Origin: Gemmatimonadales bacterium
Lineage (GTDB): Bacteria; Gemmatimonadota; Gemmatimonadetes; Gemmatimonadales; GWC2-71-9
Length of the DNA: 51,906 bases
Assembly: GCA_039794085.1 (NCBI GenBank)
Contig: JBDIWC010000029.1
Span: forward strand, 1-51,906
Reading direction: 5' to 3'
Part shown: positions 46,706-51,906 of the stretch, piece by piece
How the letters are laid out: each line of letters starts with the position of its first letter
Position numbering within the stretch: position 1 is the first letter of the stretch
Notes under the pieces: model-generated
Databases searched by the model: none
What the model was told of the DNA's origin: nothing
Seen by the model: only the letters and a program-made list of their open reading frames with translations
Program-made: the position numbers and the translations under genes

Positions 46706-48163
46706 TCAGGCGACCAGGGCCGTTCCGAGTCGCGTCACTGCCACCACCAACGCATCCAGGTCCGCGGTCGTGCTCCGGTGGTTCGTGATGCACACCCGGA
46801 GTGCATAGCGGCCGCCAAGCGTTGTGTAGGATGGCGCCGCGATTCCCTCCTCGTGCAACCGTACCAGGATCCTCCGGTTCAAATCGTCCAGGTCCGGTTC
46901 GGGCACCCCCTCCGGACGATACCGGAAACAGACCACGTTGAGCACGGTCGGCGTGAGCAACTCGAGGGAGGGGTGCCCGGACACCACCAGGTCCAGGTGC
47001 CGCGCCAGCTTCACGTTCCCCCGGATGAGGGACCTGTAGGCCTCCGCACCGTGCGCCAGGAGCGACATCCAGACCTTGAGCGCACGGAACCCCCGCGTGA
47101 GCTGCACGCCGCGCTCGGCGAACGCCGTGACGTCCACACCGATTCCGCCCTCCATCGAAGTCACGTAGTCACCCGCCACGCGGAAGGCCCGGCGGTGGGA
47201 CTCCCCATTGCGCACGAACACCGCGCCGGCCTCGATCGGCACCACCATCCACTTGTGCAGATCGAACGCGAGGGAGTCCGCGCGCTCCATGCCACGCACC
47301 AGGGGAGCGAGGCCGGGATCCACCGCGGCGAAGGCTCCGAACGCACCGTCCACGTGGAACCAGAGTCCCTCGTCCGCGGCGAGGGTGGCCAGGGCGTCGA
47401 GGTCGTCGAAGGCCCCGGTGCCCACGGTGCCGGCGTTGCCCACCACCGCGACCGGGTGATGTCCGGCGTTCCGGTCCGCCGCGATCGTGGCCCGGAGGGC
47501 AGCGAGATCGATCTGGAACCGGTCAGTGACGGGGATTCGGCGGTGTCCCGCATCGCCCACGCCGAGCAACCGGAGGGCACGGTCCACAGAGAAGTGGGTT
47601 TCGGTGGACGCGTAGAGGACCGGTCGCTTCGGGGCGCTGATCATTCCCTGGCCCGGAAGGTCAAAACCGGCGCGATCCACCAGGGCCGCGGCGAGCCCCA
47701 CGAAGTTGGCCATCGACCCGCCGCTCACCAGAAGCCCGCTGGCCTCTCGGGGGTATCCGAGAAGTTCAGCGAGCCACACCAGGACCTGATCCTCCACGTG
47801 CCGAGGGGAGCCCTGGTGCCCGGCCACGTTCGGGTTCATCGTGGCGGCAAGCATCTCGGCGAGAGCACCCAAGGGAGTTCCACTCCCGTTCACCCACCCC
47901 CAGAAGCGGGGATGAATGTTGCCCACCGGATAGGGGAAGACATCGCGGAGGAAAGTTGCGTAGGCCTGCTCCGCCCCGACGCCCTTCTCGGGGAGCGGTT
48001 GACTGAGACGTGCCACGACGTCCGCGGGGACCGGGGACCAGACTGGTTGGTCGCCGATCTTCTCGAGGTGCCCCATCATGTCGTCCACCATGCGGTGCCC
48101 CAGCGAACGGAGGGTGTCCCAGTCCGCGGGATCGAATGGATGGGGAGGGAGAGCAGGCGACAT
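46706..48163 (-). CDS. Group II PLP decarboxylase (aromatic-L-amino-acid decarboxylase-like)
   Basis: HPRFWGWV, SGGSMAN, WFHVDGAFG, FDLHKW, FRALKVW. Confidence 0.9.
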   Translation of the reverse strand: MSPALPPHPFDPADWDTLRSLGHRMVDDMMGHLEKIGDQPVWSPVPADVVARLSQPLPEKGVGAEQAYATFLRDVFPYPVGNIHPRFWGWVNGSGTPLGALAEMLAATMNPNVAGHQGSPRHVEDQVLVWLAELLGYPREASGLLVSGGSMANFVGLAAALVDRAGFDLPGQGMISAPKRPVLYASTETHFSVDRALRLLGVGDAGHRRIPVTDRFQIDLAALRATIAADRNAGHHPVAVVGNAGTVGTGAFDDLDALATLAADEGLWFHVDGAFGAFAAVDPGLAPLVRGMERADSLAFDLHKWMVVPIEAGAVFVRNGESHRRAFRVAGDYVTSMEGGIGVDVTAFAERGVQLTRGFRALKVWMSLLAHGAEAYRSLIRGNVKLARHLDLVVSGHPSLELLTPTVLNVVCFRYRPEGVPEPDLDDLNRRILVRLHEEGIAAPSYTTLGGRYALRVCITNHRSTTADLDALVVAVTRLGTALVA

Positions 48164-48172
48164 GGCCACGCT

Positions 48173-48257
48173 GGCGGTAGGCTATGGGCTATAGGCGATA
48201 GGTGGTAAGCGATAGGTGGTTGCTGGCCTACCGCCCACCGTCTACCGCCTGTCGTTA
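48173..48257. repeat. Two inverted heptamer arrays (GGCGATA.. / CCTACCG)
   Basis: Seven units facing four complementary units; the array abuts the TAA stop at 48255. Confidence 0.88.
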
Positions 48258-48374
48258 CGACTCGTCGTCGTCGGGGCGGATCGGCGTCTTCATCACCTTG
48301 AGAAAGAACTTCGCGGTGAAGAAGATCACCACCGACCAGGTGATGCCGAGCATGATCCAGGCGTTGGTGGTCAT
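48255..48374 (-). CDS. Small single-TM protein, MetS-like NSS accessory subunit
   Basis: MTTNAWIMLGITWSVVIFFTAKFFLKVMKTP; GGAGG RBS and ATGA overlap with the NSS stop. Confidence 0.75.
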   Translation of the reverse strand: MTTNAWIMLGITWSVVIFFTAKFFLKVMKTPIRPDDDES

Positions 48375-49999
48375 ACCTGTGCCTCCTTTCGCTTCCAGGC
48401 GGTGCGAACCAGCAGGCCAAATCCGAGGAACACCAGCAGCAGCAGGGTGCGGACGCCATCCTGAACCAGCGCCTTGGTGGGCTGGCCATCCTTGAACCAC
48501 ACGTACTCCTCTCCCACATGGAGTACCTTCCCGATCACGCTGGCGGGGGAGAACGGCCACCCGTCTCCCTGGAACAGTCCGCTGATCGCGCCACTCCAGG
48601 TCCCCTCGGGCTGGATCATGGCACCCACGAAGATGACCGTGATGAAGGCCGGCGTGATGTACATGATGATGAACCGGAAGATCCGGGGCACCTTCATGTC
48701 CGCCCCGCGGGTGATTTCCTCCCACCCCTTCTCCATGCCGAAGATCCGGGTGAAGATGAAGGCTTCCAGCAAGGCGAACACCACCAGGGCGAAGGTGCCG
48801 GTCCAGAAGTCGAATTCATCGAAGGCGCCGCCCGGATAGAGCCAGACACAGACGAACCCGAGCAGCAGCACCGCGGCGCCGAACAGGAGCGATGCCTTGG
48901 CTCGGGACATCTTGTACTCGTCCTCCACGAAGGCCATCAGCGGCTGTCCCATCGCCATGCTCGAGGTGATGCCGGCAAAGAAGAGGAGGCCGAACCAGAT
49001 CGCCCCCGCCACCGGGGCCAGCACTCCCCAGTTGTTGAAGAGGGTCGGGAGCGTCATGAAGCCCAGGGAAAAACCGCTCCCGCCCGCGGTGGCCGCCTGG
49101 ACTGCCGCGATACCGAGGTAGGCGGTGGCGATCGGGATGATCACCGAGCTGCCGAGGACGACCTCGACAAACTCGTTCATCCACCCCGCCGAGGCGCCGT
49201 TCAGGGCCACGTCCTGCTTGGCCTTGAGGTAGGAGGCGTAGCAGTGGATCGACCCCATGCCCACCGACAGGGTGAAGAAGATCTGGCCCGCGGCCGCGAG
49301 CCAGGTTCCCGGGTTCAGCAGGCCGCCCACTTTCGGCTCCCACACGAAGTTGAGCCCGGCCAGCGGGCTCTGGATCACCCCGGGATCATCGGGACCCAGG
49401 GTGAGACCGCGGATGGCCAGGGCGGCGGCAAAGAGAAGGAGCACCGGCATCCCGATCTTCGCCATCATCTCGATCCCCTTCACCAGCCCCCGGCTCAGGA
49501 TCCAGACGTTGAGTGCCGCGGTGATCAGGAACCAGAAGAGAGCTTCATAGGGGACCGTGAAGATCGAGGCCGAGTTGGCACCGACGTAGGCGGGAAAGAA
49601 AGCGGTCGCGTCGGTCGTGGTGAAGGTGCCGGTGATCGAATGGAACACGTAGGCCAGGGTCCACGACTCGAGATACGTGTAGTAGGCGGCGATCGTCATG
49701 TTGGTGAAGAGACCGAACACGCCGACGTACTTGAGCCACTTCTGCTTGCCCAGGACGTCCAGCAGCCCCGGCGCCGAGTGGTGTCCGTACTGGCCTCCGT
49801 GCCGGCCGATCGCCCACTCCACCCAGAGCAGGGGGAGACCCATCAGCACGAACGACACCAGGTAGGGGATCAGAAACGCCCCGCCTCCGTTCTGCGCCGC
49901 CTGGGCGGGAAACCGGAGGAAGTTTCCGAGCCCGACCGCGTTGCCGGCCATGGCGAGGACCAGCCCGACCCGACTGCCCCAACTCTCGCGCGAAGTCAT
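48371..49999 (-). CDS. Sodium-dependent transporter, NSS/SNF (LeuT-like)
   Basis: RESWGSR, AGNAVGLGNFLRFP, GGGAFLIPY, WLAAAGQIFFTLS, FFAGITSS. Confidence 0.95.
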   Translation of the reverse strand: MTSRESWGSRVGLVLAMAGNAVGLGNFLRFPAQAAQNGGGAFLIPYLVSFVLMGLPLLWVEWAIGRHGGQYGHHSAPGLLDVLGKQKWLKYVGVFGLFTNMTIAAYYTYLESWTLAYVFHSITGTFTTTDATAFFPAYVGANSASIFTVPYEALFWFLITAALNVWILSRGLVKGIEMMAKIGMPVLLLFAAALAIRGLTLGPDDPGVIQSPLAGLNFVWEPKVGGLLNPGTWLAAAGQIFFTLSVGMGSIHCYASYLKAKQDVALNGASAGWMNEFVEVVLGSSVIIPIATAYLGIAAVQAATAGGSGFSLGFMTLPTLFNNWGVLAPVAGAIWFGLLFFAGITSSMAMGQPLMAFVEDEYKMSRAKASLLFGAAVLLLGFVCVWLYPGGAFDEFDFWTGTFALVVFALLEAFIFTRIFGMEKGWEEITRGADMKVPRIFRFIIMYITPAFITVIFVGAMIQPEGTWSGAISGLFQGDGWPFSPASVIGKVLHVGEEYVWFKDGQPTKALVQDGVRTLLLLVFLGFGLLVRTAWKRKEAQV

Positions 50000-50212
50000 G
50001 GTGTGGCGCGCCTCCCGGCGCATGGTTCACACCTCACCCGACTCACCGGCGCGTACCGGCGAGGGAGACGATGTGGCGTGGAACAGGAATTCAGCGCGCC
50101 CGTGGCAGGCCCGGCGACGACAGTGTGATGGTTCAGGGGCCGGGCTCGCAGTGAGTGGACATACCAATCTCCTGAAATCGGGTCGTGCTGTCAACCACCG
50201 GCTCTGGCATGG

Positions 50213-50401
50213 TGGGTGCCGGGGACTGGGGGTTGGGTACTGGGGACTGGGTGTTGGCTGTTGGGTGTTGGGTGCTGAGTACAATACCCGATATCCCAAT
50301 GCCCAATGCCCAAAGCCCATGCCCGAAACCCAGTACCCGAAACCCAGTACCCGAAACCCAATACCCAGAACCCAATACCCAGAACCCACCACCCAGAACC
50401 C
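50213..50401. repeat. Large inverted heptamer arrays (TGGGTGT x10 / CAATACC-type x~17)
   Basis: A G-rich arm followed directly by a complementary C-rich arm, between divergent genes. Confidence 0.95.
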
Positions 50402-50482
50402 GTGCGACGGTTGTGGTCTTTCCGGCATCCAGCCATGGGAGATCATTACTCTCCACATCGCGCAAACCCCATGGAGGCTCCG

Positions 50483-51664
50483 GTGCGCCTTTCTCCCTTG
50501 CTGCTGTCCGGTCTGGCCGCGCTTCCCCTTGCGCCGGGGGAGGGCGCCGCCCAGGCCCCCCGCGAGATCACCCTCTCCCGCCCCTCGGCGACCTTCGCCG
50601 AGCCCTTCAGCTTCATTGCCGGCCTGCGGGAGCTGCCCGGCGGAGTGATCCTGGTGTCGGATGGCCTCGAAAACGTGCTCCTGCGGGTCGATCTCACCCG
50701 GGGCACCGCCGACACCGTGGGCCGGTCAGGTCGCGGCCCGGGGGAGTACATGAGCCCCGACGGGATCTTTCCGTATACCGGCGGAGGGACCCTCCTCATG
50801 GACCTGGGCAACGGGCGGCTGTCACACTACGCCGCGGACGGATCGTATCGCGAATCGTGGTCCATCGCCCGGGGGGAACCGGGCCGCGGAATGACCATGG
50901 TGGTGCCTCAGGGAACGGACCGGGCCGGCCGGATCTATTTCGAAAGTCGAGGGGGCGGCGTGCCAGGCACCGCCCCGCCCGATTCCGGGAAGGTGCTCCG
51001 GTGGGACCCGGCCCGGGACATCATCGACACGGTGGCGACGGTGAAGCTGCCGGAGACGAAGGTGAGCACCTCGGGCAGCGCCAACAACCGCTCGGTCAGC
51101 ATGAGGCAGACTCCCCTTTCGGGGCGCGACGCGTGGGCGGTGGCTCCCGACGGGCGGATTGCCCTGGTCAGCGTCAAGGACTATCACGTGGAGTGGCACG
51201 ACGCGGGCGGCCGCCGGGTGGTGGGGAAGCCGGTCCCCTTCCGGCCGGTTCCGGTCCGGCAGGCCGACAAGGAGGAGTACCAGGCGGAGGTCGCTTCCAG
51301 CGGTTTATCGATGTCGGTGGAGGTCAACAATGGCCAGCGATCCACGTCGTTCCGGCGGGGAGGGCAGCGGGGTGGCCCCGGAGGTGGGGCGGCACAGCCG
51401 GAGCCCGAATGGCCGACGGTCAAACCCCCGTTCAATCCCACGGGAGTGCGGGTGAGTCCCGAGGGGGATCTCTGGGTTGAGCGGTATGTGCCCGCGGGGG
51501 CTCCGCGGCAGTATGACGTGTTCGGCTCCGACGCGAACCTGAAGTTTCGGGTCACCCTCCCGGCCGGCCGGCGACTCGTGGCACTCGGTCAGGGAGTGGT
51601 CTACACCCGGCACCTCGACGACGACGATCTGCAGTATCTCGAGCGGTATGCGATCGGGAGGTAG
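50483..51664 (+). CDS. Secreted 6-bladed beta-propeller-like protein
   Basis: GGAGG RBS + GTG, signal AAA-Q, VGRSGRGPGEY, SPEGDLWVER, YDVFGSDA. Confidence 0.8.
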   Translation: MRLSPLLLSGLAALPLAPGEGAAQAPREITLSRPSATFAEPFSFIAGLRELPGGVILVSDGLENVLLRVDLTRGTADTVGRSGRGPGEYMSPDGIFPYTGGGTLLMDLGNGRLSHYAADGSYRESWSIARGEPGRGMTMVVPQGTDRAGRIYFESRGGGVPGTAPPDSGKVLRWDPARDIIDTVATVKLPETKVSTSGSANNRSVSMRQTPLSGRDAWAVAPDGRIALVSVKDYHVEWHDAGGRRVVGKPVPFRPVPVRQADKEEYQAEVASSGLSMSVEVNNGQRSTSFRRGGQRGGPGGGAAQPEPEWPTVKPPFNPTGVRVSPEGDLWVERYVPAGAPRQYDVFGSDANLKFRVTLPAGRRLVALGQGVVYTRHLDDDDLQYLERYAIGR

Positions 51665-51712
51665 GGAGTAGGAAGTAGGAGTAGGGAATAGGACATAGGA
51701 CATAGGACATAG
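51661..51712. repeat. Heptamer tandem array (GTAGGGA then ATAGGAC)
   Basis: Starts at the TAG stop 51662..51664 and runs into repeat copy B. Confidence 0.92.
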
Positions 51713-51882
51713 TCCCTTGCGGACAAGATTGAACACAAAATGGCAACAATATTTGGGGCGCCCCCCGGACACCCGCTCCGGCCGTGCGTTTGACGGCGTC
51801 TGTGACGGCATCCCACTTGGGGCTCTTCAGGGTTTCGCGTGGGTGAGAGACACGTCGATCGGGCGTTGTGCGCACGGTGCGA
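51710..51882. repeat. Terminal repeat copy B (contains ISL3-like IR at 51821..51844; continues off the window)
   Basis: Inverted match to 1..173. Confidence 0.95.
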
Positions 51883-51906
51883 GGGGACGCCCCGGAGTCC
51901 GGGGAC

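Noticed and set aside
50027..50470. ORFs with WVLG / PNTQ periodic peptides
   Set aside because: Translations of the heptamer arrays, not genes.
1..51906. 52-kb composite transposon or linear replicon with terminal inverted repeats
   Set aside because: Contents are chromosomal (gyrA, NAD salvage) with no transposase or replication genes. Assembly breaks at a multicopy repeat are a simpler explanation.

Overview
High-GC bacterial contig. Gene content suggests Gemmatimonadota, which is an inference. It is bounded by two inverted copies of a 173-bp IS-derived composite repeat. Core and metabolic genes include an NAD-salvage operon (pncB-pncA-aminotransferase-DUF502), a gyrA operon with a dehydratase, diguanylate cyclase and Ser/Thr kinase, a twin-permease RND efflux system, an NSS transporter with a small subunit next to an aromatic amino-acid decarboxylase, and several lipoproteins and outer-membrane proteins. 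Three things stand out. (1) About a dozen intergenic period-7 tandem arrays, mostly with different units, often begin at the stop codon of the neighbouring gene and are stacked with REP-like hairpins, 8/9-mer arrays and MITEs in hotspots. (2) An accessory region at about 10-18 kb has one intact attC site but no integrase, plus a toxin-antitoxin graveyard where BrnT and two HicA toxins are broken while an MNT-HEPN pair is intact. (3) An operon joins a divergent DAACS transporter, an ATP-grasp enzyme and Wzm/Wzt with no glycosyltransferase. All calls come from reading the sequence and recalling motifs; no database searches were run.
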